Origin: Fimicolochytrium jonesii
Lineage: Eukaryota
Length of the DNA: 64,000 nt
Assembly (NCBI RefSeq): GCF_025526975.1
Contig: NW_026515697.1
Location: 310,001-374,000, forward strand
Reading direction: 5' to 3'
A program made the translations under genes and the position numbers. Each line of letters opens with the position of its first letter. Within the stretch, counting starts at the first letter, position 1. The notes under the pieces are model-generated. The model made no database searches and was not told the DNA's origin. It worked only from the letters and a program-made list of their open reading frames with translations. Positions 11,556 through 22,957 of the stretch are shown here, in pieces.

Positions 11556-11890
11556 ACTAAAGAAGTTCGTTGGCTCAATGGTTGCGTACATCCATTGCCC
11601 GACAACTTGTATTAGGCAAGGTGCGATACAGCACACCCGTTGCATTCACAGCTGGGACACCCGCTGCCGGTAGCATGTGGCGTGGATGGCAAACACCATT
11701 GAATGAGAATGGTGTGCAAGCGTCACTACCCACGACGGTCTTCTGGAAAGCTTTCCTGAATGACACACTATTCTGACGTCGAGTTGGCAAACCATGGCTT
11801 TCAGCGAAAAAGCCATGGCTTTTTGCATGGTTATTTGGACTGACAACGACAAGTACAGTAAGGATTGCGCTGGGTGCGATCCCGGGACCC
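11556..11890 (+). mobile_element. Fragment of the Gy4 3' region
   Basis: Reverse-complement similarity to about 25895-26225 and 50570-50830. Confidence 0.8.
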
Positions 11891-11989
11891 GTGGTTTAAG
11901 AGCAACTGACATTATCACGCATCTTGCTGCTTCCTTCTCCAGAAAAAAATGAGCTTCCTCGTTTTCGACGCCGAGCGCTGGACACGCAA

Positions 11990-12128
11990 GGGCAACGCAT
12001 GAGCACCACGCCATTGGAATTGGCCTCCAAGTGCATATGAGTTCGCAGACGTGTGAAGCCTGGCATGGGTAGGGGTTTGGTGAGCGCATGAGCCAGCATC
12101 TCCTTTGTTGGGCAGAACTGGACAATAA
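11990..12128 (-). mobile_element. Co2-like RNase H C-terminal fragment
   Basis: VQFCPTKEMLAHALTKPLPMPGFTRLR, homologous to 41660-41750. Confidence 0.8.
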
Positions 12129-12737
12129 TATTGAGATAGCATCAAGATACGGCACTTAGAAGGCTCTGCAAGACTCAGGACGCGTCTTGGGAGGCTCTGA
12201 AGATGTCTGGACCATTTCCCAGACATCCAGGCGTCAGCACTGCGCTTTCATGATGTTCTCAGAGCTCATGGCGGTCAGTAGTGCCCGTATGGAGCTGTGA
12301 TCGGGTTGTAGTAGCTAGATTGGGTTTTATTAAGCTTGTGGAAGCCTGTAGCACCTTCCGCGGGCTCCGCGGACTTGGCAGACGTCCATGGGGGCATCAG
12401 CAGGCTACACAGACTTGGCAAAACCTTACCAACCTTAACTGCGGCACTCAGAGACGCCTTCCGCGTTCTGAGGGGGTCTCAGAGGGTGCTTTGGACGCCC
12501 CAGCACATAGCTAAATCCCCAAGAAAGAAGCCCCATATTCGTATAAAAGGCAGACCTGTTGCCCATCCCCTCTCTTCACTTTATCCTCTTCAATACACTA
12601 CTTTCTATCGCACTACTCTAGCTACACTACTGCTTCTACATCACAACACTGCCCTTTGGGCAGCTACGTCCCGCAGTCATCGGCGAACCTGTCTTAGTGA
12701 CCTCTCAGATACACCTATATCAGCTAAGGTTTCAATA
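12129..12737 (+). repeat. Co2 LTR (TATTGA...TCAATA)
   Basis: Matches 44372-44948 and, inverted, 41008-41615. Confidence 0.92.
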
Positions 12738-13150
12738 CACGTCGGCAACTTAAGCATCTCGAAATTGCGGACGTAGCAATCATCACAGAATAAACCTCTG
12801 TAACTCACAGTTTGCCATCCATACCTTACTCTTTCGGTATATCAACATCTTGAGAATATTCGTTCATCGGTCGACACGTAGTCGACATAAACGCGTGTTT
12901 ACTAGTAGCCAATTACTAACGCATTTGCGGATCGGAAATCTACCCCAGTAATCCGATGCACTTCAAACCTCGGAAACCCCGTAGAGCACACTGACTTGAA
13001 GACTTGTGAAAGTTTCAAAGTGATTCGACCTACGGATACGGGCACAGTGAATTTTGGGGATTTTGCAGGGAAAATCTATGCCCAAATTTTGATTATTGCA
13101 TATGGCATATACCTAATTCAAAACCTAGTTGTTTGTGCGTATTTGAGGTA
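12738..13150. repeat. Non-coding AT-richer repeat, inverted copy at 40330-41007; possible DNA-transposon end
   Basis: Near-identical reverse complement of 40706-41007 joined to 40330-40445 (internal deletion). Both copies end at GAGGTA against different flanks. Confidence 0.6.
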
Positions 13151-15069
13151 GGTAGTAAACGTAGGGGCGTACTCTGCCATAGTAAAGGCAATGGCGTTGG
13201 CAGCTCCAGTACCGTCTGTTCCAGCTGCTACAGCCGGGACAGTGAGAGACACGAGGAAGTTGCTGTGAGACGTAACAAACTCTTCGATCTTTTTGGCAGC
13301 TTTGGCGCCATCGTATTCGACGAGCTTGTTTTTGCGAGCGTCCATAAGAAGTCTGAAACGTTCGGCTCGTTGGGTGTCTTGAGTAACGGCGCACTCCCGA
13401 TTAGCAAAAGCAGCTGCGACAGCCACAACGATAGATGAGTCTGTGCGTCCATTCTTGCTTGTGAACGAGTGTACGGGTGACGTCCGGTAGAGGGGCGACG
13501 CTGACGGGCAATGTCTTGATGATGCTAGCAGTATGTGGGGCTACCATGTAACGTCAGAGGAAACGTAGACGATATTGGGCCCTTCTGAGAGGGCTGAGAG
13601 CAGTGTATTGTAGTGAAAAAAAAAAGTAAGAAGCTCTTCGCAGCGGCCGCTCGACTGACAGCTTTATATATGGGCTGCGAGTGGGGCTTGCGTGGCTTCA
13701 GTGAGGCTTGGCGCCTTATGTAATGTATCACCGAGAGCTTGGGTGGCCAGCCCGGGTCTCGGATCAAGTAGAAGTAAAGAGATATAATATGAAATACAAG
13801 TGAAGATGAGATATCCCCGACACCTCCCTAAGATCCTGAGGAGGGCGCCGAATAAATAAGAGGTGAACTACAAGGGATATGTGAAGAAACGGAGAGCTCA
13901 TGTTCATTTTAAAGTGTTGACGCACTTGTTCATTTTATAGTGTTGACGCACTGTGTGATGTGTGTGTTTCAGGCAAATGCGTCCCTAAGCCGACGTCGTG
14001 TGTGATGTGTGTGTATAAGGTCGGTTCTTGCGTCGCCGCATGTGATGTGATGTAGTTTACGTCGCTATTGTCAGCGGTGTGAATGATAGTGAGCGGTTTT
14101 TGCGGCGTCGCGCGTGTGATGTGATATCAGATGCCCTATGCTGTTCGTCTCCGTATCCACAAAGATTGTGGGTGAGCTTTTCGCCATCGTTTGTAGGCAG
14201 GCGTGTAGCGAAGTGCGGATTCGGGTTCCCAAGTAGGGTCAGGATACCCGAGCCATTTGACTAATAGATTTCGTACGGCGCGTCGCTCGTGGAAGATATC
14301 TTCTGCAACCCATTCAGGTTGTCCGCGTTCTTCGATTGGTGGAGGAGGTTGTGGAACTGCACGATGCGGATATTGCTCTCCGCGATGGGGTCGTAAAATA
14401 TCGACGTGAAAGACGGGCCAGATGCCGCTGATCTTCGATGGTGATAAGTCAAGTTCGTAAGTATCAGGATGTGCTCCCAGTGCAATGATTTTGAATGGTC
14501 CGATCCACGTAGCTGAGTATCAAAGTTCTCTTCGTGCGTCTACTTCTAGGTTGATTCCTTGTCGGTTCAGATCGACGAGGCCGCCAATTTTGTATGCGAT
14601 TGGCGTTCGACCTTTGTCGTGTTGACGTGCGAATTGATCTTGCGATCTCTGAAGGTTTTCGCGTACGATACGGGCGATGTCTTCCTGCCCTTTCTTGAAG
14701 AGTTTGATTTCGTTTTGATCTACAGCTTTTTTTTTTGAGTTCTTGTCCTTCGAGTGTTGGATTCCAACCCGGGAGGATTGGAGAGCTTCCGAGATCTACT
14801 TCAAATGGCGATAAACCTTCATATTCCTCCCTCGGAGCGGTATTGTATGCGAATTCAATTAAAGGCAATAGTTTCTTCCAATTGCTTTTGTCGTAGTTGA
14901 GGTATTGCTTCCAAATCCCTCTCAGGGTTTGGATGGCTCGCTCAACTTTGCCAACGCTTTGCTGATGACAAGCCGTAGCGAATTCGTGTTTTAAACCGAG
15001 GAGAATGTCGAATGCAAGGAAGAAGTCGGAAAGTGCGCAAGGTTCGCGATCCGTAACGAAGACTTTTGG
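13151..15069 (-). mobile_element. Gy3 Gypsy: integrase/chromodomain, PPT, LTR (13547-13822), PBS and gag start in a tandem arrangement
   Basis: VTDRE..HQQSVGKVERAIQ..EFAYN integrase. LTR TGTCGG...GTTACA on the minus strand, followed by PBS TGGTAGCCCCAC (tRNA-iMet-like) and gag-like LVEYDGAK..IEEFV. Confidence 0.88.
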
Positions 15070-15627
15070 CCGCAAAAACCGCTCACTATCATTCACACCG
15101 CTGACAATAGCGACGTAAACTACATCACATCACATGCGGCGACGCAAGAACCGACCTTATACACACACATCACACACGACGTCGGCTTAGGGACGCATTT
15201 GCCTGAAACACACACATCACACAGTGCGTCAACACTATAAAATGAACAAGTGCGTCAACACTTTAAAATGAACATGAGCTCTCCCTCTCTTCACATATCC
15301 CTTGTAGTTCACCTCTTATTTATTTGGCGCCCTCCTCAGGATCTGAGGGAGGTGTCGGGGATATCTCATCTTCACTTGTATTTCATATTATATCTCTTTT
15401 CTTCTACTTGATCCGAGACCTGGGCTGGCCACCCGAGCTATCGGTGATACATTACATAAGACGCCAAGCCTCACTGAAGCCACGCAAGCCCCACTGGCAG
15501 CCCATATATAAAGCTGTCAGTCGAGCAGCCGCTGCGAAGAGCTTCTTACTTTTTTCTTCACTACAATACACTGCTCTCAGCCCTCTCAGAAGGGCCCAAT
15601 ACCGTCTACGATTCCTCTGACGTTACA
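15070..15627 (+). repeat. Gy3 3' UTR plus LTR (15353-15627); inverted repeat of 13547-14105
   Basis: Reverse-complement match over about 560 bp. Confidence 0.92.
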
Positions 15628-16302
15628 AAGTCCCTTACCAACGTCAACAGCCCTTTCGTTGACGTGGACAATGGCAAACTACTTACACTCCTCGTCAACG
15701 TCCAACGACTCCTTGTCCCCTTTGTAATAAAATGGGACATTGGAGAGTTGAATGCTGGTCAAATCCCAAAAATTGACAGCAAGGCTCGCAAACCCAGAAC
15801 CGACGCGGCGGTTTTCGACAGCACGGTCGTGGCGCTCAAACTCCGCAGCGCAGTCGTCAACCTAATCAACAACAAGGTTCAGCCAATCAGGTTGATGCTG
15901 GGTCACGCATTACGGAAATTCTCGATGACGCCGTCAACTCAGCGATTACTAACAATGCTACTACAAATCAATCTTCAAATTTTTTCCAAGGTCGATAGAG
16001 CCCCTCGGTAGCTCTGCTCGGCCTACAACATACGATCCTACCGATAAACCTGCCTTCGAACCACTGTCTGCTGGACTCTGGGTCTCTCATTGTTGCATCG
16101 GAAACAAGTTTGCTTGTGTTCTCTTCGATAGCGGCGCAACTGGGTTATTCCTTGACAAGAAATTTGTTGAAAAGCACAAATTTCCCAACAAACATATCGA
16201 ACAGAGCAGATATGGCTGGCCGACAAGGAATCATACATGATTCTTGACACGATCGTTTCGGAACAGTTACATCTATGGGATTTCGAATCTCAGTTGCTGG
16301 TA
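15628..16302 (+). mobile_element. Gypsy (probably Gy3) gag C-terminus and first half of the protease; continues at 21551
   Basis: Manual translation: CPLCNKMGHWRVEC at about 15714-15755 and VLFDSGATGLFLDKKFVEKH at about 16117-16177. Neither appears in the ORF track. Confidence 0.85.
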
Positions 16303-16354
16303 TGTTTGATCTGCTCAACAACCCCCAGCCGCTGTACCTCCACGCCAAATCACC

Positions 16355-17281
16355 ATGTCCGACGCCCTTCCCCTCACGGCCGAAGCCTGGCAAGCCATGT
16401 GCAATGCGATTGACGAACTTCGAGCACAGAATACCACCCTACAAGCCGAACTAGCGCAAACCCAGACCACTGCCCCTGCCACCCACGCCCCCGAACCCAA
16501 AATCAGTCTCCCAGACAAATTTGATGGCACCCGAAGCAAGTTTCGTGGGTTCCTCAACCAGATCCGGCTCATGTTCGCCCTCCAACCCAGGCGCTACCCC
16601 AACGATCAGACCAAGATACGAACTATTGGCACCTACCTCACTGGCACCGCCAAGGCCTGGCTGGCGCCCCTTGTCGAACAAGACCATCATTCCCTTACAA
16701 ACCTGGATGATTTCATCCAGCAAATGCAAGCAGTCTTTGGAGACAGCGACAGGATCCGCACATCCGAAAACAAGCTCCAGAACCTTCGACAAACCCGTGC
16801 AGCAACAGAGTATGTAGCTGAATTCCGACAGCTGCAATGCGATGTGTCGTGGAATGACCAGGCATTGATTGCCACCTTCCGTCGCGGCCTCAAAGAAGAC
16901 GTCAAGGACTTAATGCTCACGATGCCCCCTACCGCCTCAATCGACACCGTGATGGAACAGGCCATCCAATGTGACAACCGATTGTTTGAGCGCCGTCTAG
17001 AGCGAAGCAGGAACCGACAGCCATATGTGCCAGTTACCACTAGCCCCACCCTCATGAGCCCCGACAACCGCCCAGACGACCCTATGATCATTGACGCTGC
17101 TCGTCCGCGAGGACCCCTCACACTGCTAGAGCGCCAACACCGCATCACAAACAAACTTTGCCTCTACTGTGGTAAACCCGGCCACATAGCCAAACTCTGC
17201 CCGAACAAGATACGCACGGCAAATGTTGCGGTTAAGGAACCTGCACCCATCCAGGATTTTGCCCAAGTCCAGCTGCAGTAA
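16355..17281 (+). CDS. gag: Gy1 Gag (308 aa, intact) with CCHC knuckle
   Basis: EPKISLPDKFDGTRSKFRGFL...CLYCGKPGHIAKLCP. Confidence 0.92.
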   Translation: MSDALPLTAEAWQAMCNAIDELRAQNTTLQAELAQTQTTAPATHAPEPKISLPDKFDGTRSKFRGFLNQIRLMFALQPRRYPNDQTKIRTIGTYLTGTAKAWLAPLVEQDHHSLTNLDDFIQQMQAVFGDSDRIRTSENKLQNLRQTRAATEYVAEFRQLQCDVSWNDQALIATFRRGLKEDVKDLMLTMPPTASIDTVMEQAIQCDNRLFERRLERSRNRQPYVPVTTSPTLMSPDNRPDDPMIIDAARPRGPLTLLERQHRITNKLCLYCGKPGHIAKLCPNKIRTANVAVKEPAPIQDFAQVQLQ

Positions 17282-17317
17282 AGGCCGAGCAGCTGGGCAA
17301 CACCTGTCCTGGGCCTT
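17254..17317 (+). promoter_or_regulatory. Predicted -1 ribosomal frameshift signal (G GAT TTT plus pseudoknot)
   Basis: Heptamer at 17254-17260 is in gag phase. 6-nt spacer; stem 17267-17276/17289-17298; loop AAGGCC pairs with GGCCTT at 17312-17317. The -1 frame is open into the protease ORF. Confidence 0.8.
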
Positions 17318-20300
17318 CTCACCACGCAAGTACTGCCAAGGGAGAAGCCACAAAACCTTGCTCCGATCCTGGCATCTCCAGCAACACCCTTCTCCTGACC
17401 ACCAACAATGTCAATCTCCTATCTGAGATACCCTCACCCATGCGGACTTTGGGCCCATCCTCACCATTCGAGTACCCTGTTACCCTGCAGATATCGGCCC
17501 AGCGAGCTCCAGTTCAGCTTTCAGCACTACTCGACACCGGTGCGATGTCGTGCTTCATCGACGAAAGTTATGCCCGCAAGCACCGCATCCCACTTGTCAA
17601 GAAGGAGGACCCCATTGCGCTTGAACTGGTTGACGGACGTCCCAGCCATGCGGGCTCCATTACCCATCACACCCAACCTTTGGGCATGTGGGTCAACGAC
17701 CATTTTGAGGAGGTGGTATTCCATGTGACATGTTCCCCGCATGCGCCAATCATCCTGGGGCTTCCCTGGTTTGAGCTCCATGATGTGGAGCTCCACTGGA
17801 AGACTCGCACTCTTTGCGTCCGCTGCCATTGCGGTTTTGGACAATACGCCTCCTGGGATGCCCTGCCAACAGAACCTAGCCCGAAGCCCTCAAAAACCCC
17901 TGAACCTCTGATCCGTATCCATCAAGACGAGATTTCAGTCTCCCTAGCCCAGACACCCAACACACTGGACCCAGCACCCACACCGATCCACGTATCGTTT
18001 ATCAGCGCCCCAGCTTTCCGTGTGGCGGCAAGGCATGACCAGGCATTCATTGCCTACGCCAATCCGACCAAGTCAGATTCCCAAGCCCTGGCGACCACTC
18101 CTCCAAAAGATCCAAAGGCCATCATTCCTGAAGAATACCAAGATTTTGCGGACGTCTTCGCCAAGAAGAACGCGGATACCCTCCCAGAGCACTGACCCTA
18201 CGACTGTCCCATCGACTTAGAAGAGGGCAAACAGCCACCGTTCGGCCCGATCTATAGTCTCAGCGAGCCTGAAATGCAGGCACTCTGTGACTACCTTGAA
18301 GAGAACCTAGCTAAGGGGTTCATCAAGCACTCCAAGTCTCCCGCCGGTGCCCCAGTCCTCTTTGTCAAGAAAAAGGACGGTTCCCTCCGTCTGTGCGTCG
18401 ACTATCGTGGACTCAACAATATCACCATCAAGAATCGCTATCCCTTGCCCTTGATTAACAGCATTATGGATCGTCTTCGAGGGGCACGCCGGCTCACCAA
18501 GATTGACCTCCAGGGAGCCTACAACCTTCTTCGGATCCGGCCAGGGGATGAATGGAAGACAGCGTTCCGATGTCGCTACGGCCTATTCGAGTATAATGTC
18601 ATGCCGTTTGGGCTCACCAATGCCCCTGGAGTATTCCAACACCTCATGAACAACATATTCCGTGACATTCTCGACGTTTTTGTTGTGGTCTACCTTGACG
18701 ACATTCTGATCTTCTCAAAAAACCCAGAAGACCACCCCAACCACGTCCGAGAGGTGCTCTCACGACTCCGCCAGCACGGGCTGTATGCGAAACCGGAAAA
18801 ATGCGAATTCAACCGTGACTCTGTTGAGTTCCTGGGGTTTATCATCTCCCAGCAAGGCATTTCCATGGACCCAAAGAAGACGGCTGCCATGACCGAATGG
18901 GAACCCCCGACGAATGTCAAAGGCATCCAGCGCTTCCTTGGTTTTGCCAACTTCTACCGGCGATTCATCAAAGGGTACTCTGCGATCGTTGCACCCCTGA
19001 CCACGCTCACTTGCAAAGACTTGCCATTCAAATGGACCCACGCTGCACACCTAGCTTTTGAAACCCTCAAGAAAGCCTTCACCTCCGCACCTATCCTGAC
19101 TCACCCCGACCCTCACAAGCCCTTCATTGTCGAATCCGATGCCTCCGACTTTGCCCTTGGCGCCGTCCTCCTTCAACCCGATGACACAGATCAACTCCAC
19201 CCCGTGGCCTTTCACTCCCGCAAATTTACTCCTGAGGAAATCAACTATGAGATCTACGACAAGGAACTCCTGGCTATCCAAGACTCATTTGCTCAATGGC
19301 GACACCACCTCATTGGTGCCCGCCACAAGGTCATTGTTTACTGTGACCACAAGAACCTCCAGTACTTCATGACTACCCGTACCCTCAACCGCCGCCAATC
19401 CCGCTGGTCAATCTTCTTTGCTGATTTCGACTTTGTCATCACATACCGCCCTGGTACCCAGCAACACCAAGCTGACGCCCTCTCTCGTCGCTCTGAATAC
19501 GAGCTAAGGGAGGGGGAAGAAGCATTCCGCTCCCAGGAAACCACGATCCTCACCACCATCCGGCGACAGCTTAGGGCCCCCATTGCCCAGCAATCTCAAG
19601 AAGACCAAGAACGGATAAAGCGATTCTCCGAGGAAAATGGGGTTCTGCTGTACGACAACCTTGTCTACGTCCCCACCAACAAGCTCCGTGCTGAGATCTG
19701 CCGGGACATGCATGACACGCGTTTGGCAGGACACTACGGCATGTCAAAGACCCTGGAGCTCATTCACGCAACTACTGGTGGCCTAGCCAGTGGCGTTTTG
19801 TCAAGTCCTACATCAGGTCCTGCGACGTATGTGCTCAAGCCAATACCAGCAGACACAAGCCCTACGGTCTCCTCCAACCCCTGCAGGTCCCTGACCGCCC
19901 CTGGGGGTCAGTTTCCATGGACTTCATCACGGATCTACCCGCCAGTGATGGGGTTGATTCTGTGCTCGTTGTCATCTGCCGGTTCACCAAGATGGCGCAC
20001 TTTGTACCGTGCAGGAAAACTGCCACCGCTGAGTCAACTGCAGATCTGATCTGGCACCATGTCATCCGGCTCCATGGACTCCCCGACGATATTGTATCTG
20101 ACCGTGGCCCACAGTTCAACTCCCACTTCTGGAAACGTCTCTTCGCTCTCCTGGGAACCAAGGTCAACCTCTCATCGGCGTTCCATCCCCAGAGCGATGG
20201 ACAAACCGAGCGGACCAATCAGATTCTTGAGCAATACCTTTGCTGCTTTTGCAACTATCAACAAGATAACTGGAAGGAACTCTTGTCTTCTGCTGAGTTC

Positions 20301-20963
20301 TCTTACAATAAAACCATCCACTCCGCCACCCAGACAACCCCCTTCTACGCCAACTATGGGTTCCATCCTCGATTCAGTCTGGCTTCCGCGACCACAACCG
20401 AATCCCTTAATCCTGCAGCCGAAGCTCGTGCCAACCATCTCAAGGAAATCCATGAACAGCTTGCCACTGAGCTCAAGGAGGCCCAAGGACGCATGAAGCG
20501 CTTTGCCGATGCTAAGAGGGCACCTGGCCCAGACATGAAACCCGGGGACAGTGTCTGGCTCTTACAGCGGAATCTCAAGACTCTCCGACCTTCCCAGAAA
20601 CTTGATCACCGTAAGATTGGCCCCTTCACAATCACGGAGAAGATCAACTCGGTCACATATCGCCTCAAGCTTCCCCCATCCTACAAAATTCACAACGTCT
20701 TCCATGTCTCCCTTCTTGAACCACGTTTCACCATTCCGGAGCGAACTGAGCCAGAACCCACCCCACCAGAAGAAGTCGAAGGACAGGAGGAATGGATTGT
20801 GGAAGACATTCTTGACTCCCGTATTCGACGAACGCACCTTCAGTACCTCATCAAGTGGCAGGGTTGGCCAAGCTCGGAGAACACATGGGAGCCAGTGGAA
20901 CACCTTGCCCGATGTCAAGAGCTTGTTGCCCAGTTCCACCAAAAGTACCCCGACAAACCATGA
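17254..20963 (+). pseudogene. pol: Gy1 pol (PR-RT-RH-IN-chromodomain) with a nonsense codon at 18193 and a frameshift near 19765
   Basis: ORFs 17440-18195, 18274-20049 and 19917-20963 are consecutive pieces of one polyprotein. Confidence 0.93.
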
Positions 20964-21550
20964 CCAAAGCCTGCCAACATCAAAACAACATCCGGACGCC
21001 GTGGCCAAAGGAGGGGGTGATGTTATGGACGACGCGTCCATACCATGCGCTTACCTCATGACAGCATCCCGACAGTCAGTCAATGTCAATTCCCTGTCAA
21101 AACCTGACATCTGCCAAACCTCGCAGCCGCACGCAGCCGCGCTACCCCACACCTGCTACTGCCTTCATTTCTCCACGCAGCCGCACGTAGCCACACCTCC
21201 CAACACTCGGCGCTTACAAACCCTTCTCCATACTTCCCCACGTACCCGCCCACAGCCTCAGCGTAGCCACCCCATCCCCAGTCTTCTGTTTCTCTGCTTC
21301 CCCACCCTTGGCGCTTCTCTTGGCTTCCCTCTCATTCCGTACCCTTCTGCTTCCCCACGCTTCCCCAGCCTTCCCAGAAAAACATAAATAGCCGCCTCCC
21401 CTGAGCTCCCCACTTCCTGATCCCCCAGCAGATCAACACCAGTTCTTCCTAATCTTGTTCTAGTTCTTGTTTCGGTCTGAATACCATTACCTGTCAACAA
21501 CCTGCACCACAAGTCGCCTCTATTTCCATCGGCTCCGCCCATTCATAACA

Positions 21551-22271
21551 GTAGCTTTTCTTAGTTGGACAACTTCCCTGGCTAGTCAGAAATCTGGCTT
21601 ACGACGCTATAATTGGAATGCCTTTCTGGCGTTTCTTTAATTACGCTGAACAATTCTCGATGAGTACCTTACCTATCGTTTGCTGGACCAATTACGGCCC
21701 TATACCAAACGCACCGCATTCTGTCACCATCAAATGCAAAAGAACTTCAAGAAATTGGGAAGACGTCGAATACATCCCAGAACACAACAATCCTTATTTC
21801 GATGAACAGAGAGATCTGGTCTATGACAAGAGACCCGTTCGACCTGTTCGGATCATCAAACCTGTGGATACTCGTCCTCTACAAGCCGCACCTCATCATG
21901 TATCTCAATTCGCTCAAGCCAATGCCCTTCGCAATCCTCAAGTGATAGAACTGACTTCCAAGCGATTCAATAAGGCTTGGCGACGGAACAAGTTTGAAAA
22001 AGACACGGTCTGTTGCCTAGCTCTTAACAAAATACCGGACGCTCCTCAAGAACTTGAAGGAAACCCTGGACATCTTAAAAATATCCTAGAAAAATACGTC
22101 AATACGCTCTTCAAGGAACCGGAAGGTCTACCCCCTGATCCTGGAGAGGATAACTTCAAGATCGAACTCACTGAAGGTGCTGAACCCGTTTGGCAACCTC
22201 TTCGTCACATGAACAAAGAAGAACTAGCCGAACTCAAGAAACGAATCACTTTGATGCTCACAAAAGGATGA
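21551..22271 (+). mobile_element. Continuation of the Gypsy split at 16302: second half of the protease and RT N-terminus
   Basis: AYDAIIGMPFW, then LFKEPEGLPP..FKIEL..EELAELKKRI. Confidence 0.85.
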
Positions 22272-22957
22272 TGTTATGGACGACGCGCCCATACCATAAG
22301 CTTACCTCATGACAGCACACAGACAGCCACACAGACAGCCGCCAATGTCAAACGCCAATGTCAATGTCAGTGTCAATGTCAGTGTCAATGCCAATGTCAA
22401 TGTCACTCCCCCTCTCTCCTCTCATTTCGCCAATCCTCCCGCAATATCGCCGCTCCTCCTCTCTCCTCTCATTTTGCCAATCCCCCCTCGGCTTCTCCAC
22501 ATCCCCCACCACTTCTCCATAGCCAGCAGCTGTAGCAATGCTCTCTACGCTCGCCTCGCAAGCTCTAGGAGCATAGCTGGCGCCCCCCCAGTCCCCTGTT
22601 GTTGTTGTTGTTCTCTGGCCTGCTGGGTTGCCTATCTATAAATAGCCGGCCTCTCTTCGTCCATTCCCTTCCTCCCCAGCAGATCAACACCAGTTCTTCT
22701 CATCTCTTGTTCTAGTCCTTGTCTCTTGTTTCGCCAATACAATCTCTTGTCGCCCATCGCTCTCGCCTTGTCTTCTGTACTTCGCTTCCGCCTCAGTCGT
22801 CGAGATCATAACAATGAACCGCCGCCAAACCCGCTGGTCGATATTTTTCTCGGATTTTGACTTTGTCATTACCTATTGCCCTGGTTCCCAGCAGCACCAG
22901 AGGGTGCCCTCTCCGACGCTCCGAACATGAGCTAAAACAGGGGAAAGAAGCGTTCCG
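22272..22957 (+). mobile_element. Gy1 LTR (22272-22813) joined directly to a Gy1 RNase H fragment
   Basis: TGTTATGG...CATAACA followed by [20 protein letters not shown], matching 19387-19450 and 1-85. Confidence 0.92.

Larger units (their letters stand above)
16303..21550 (+). mobile_element. Gy1 (second subfamily) near-complete chromovirus lacking its 5' LTR
   Basis: Primer site, gag, protease LLDTGA, RT ([13 protein letters not shown]), RNase H ([19 protein letters not shown]), integrase, chromodomain, PPT aaaggaggggg and 3' LTR 21021-21550 (TGTTATG...CATAACA). Confidence 0.96.

Noticed and set aside
22268..22817. Apparent 4-bp TSD (ATGA) around the Gy1 LTR
   Set aside because: The two flanks belong to different elements, and the verified Gy1 TSD at 30180 is 5 bp.
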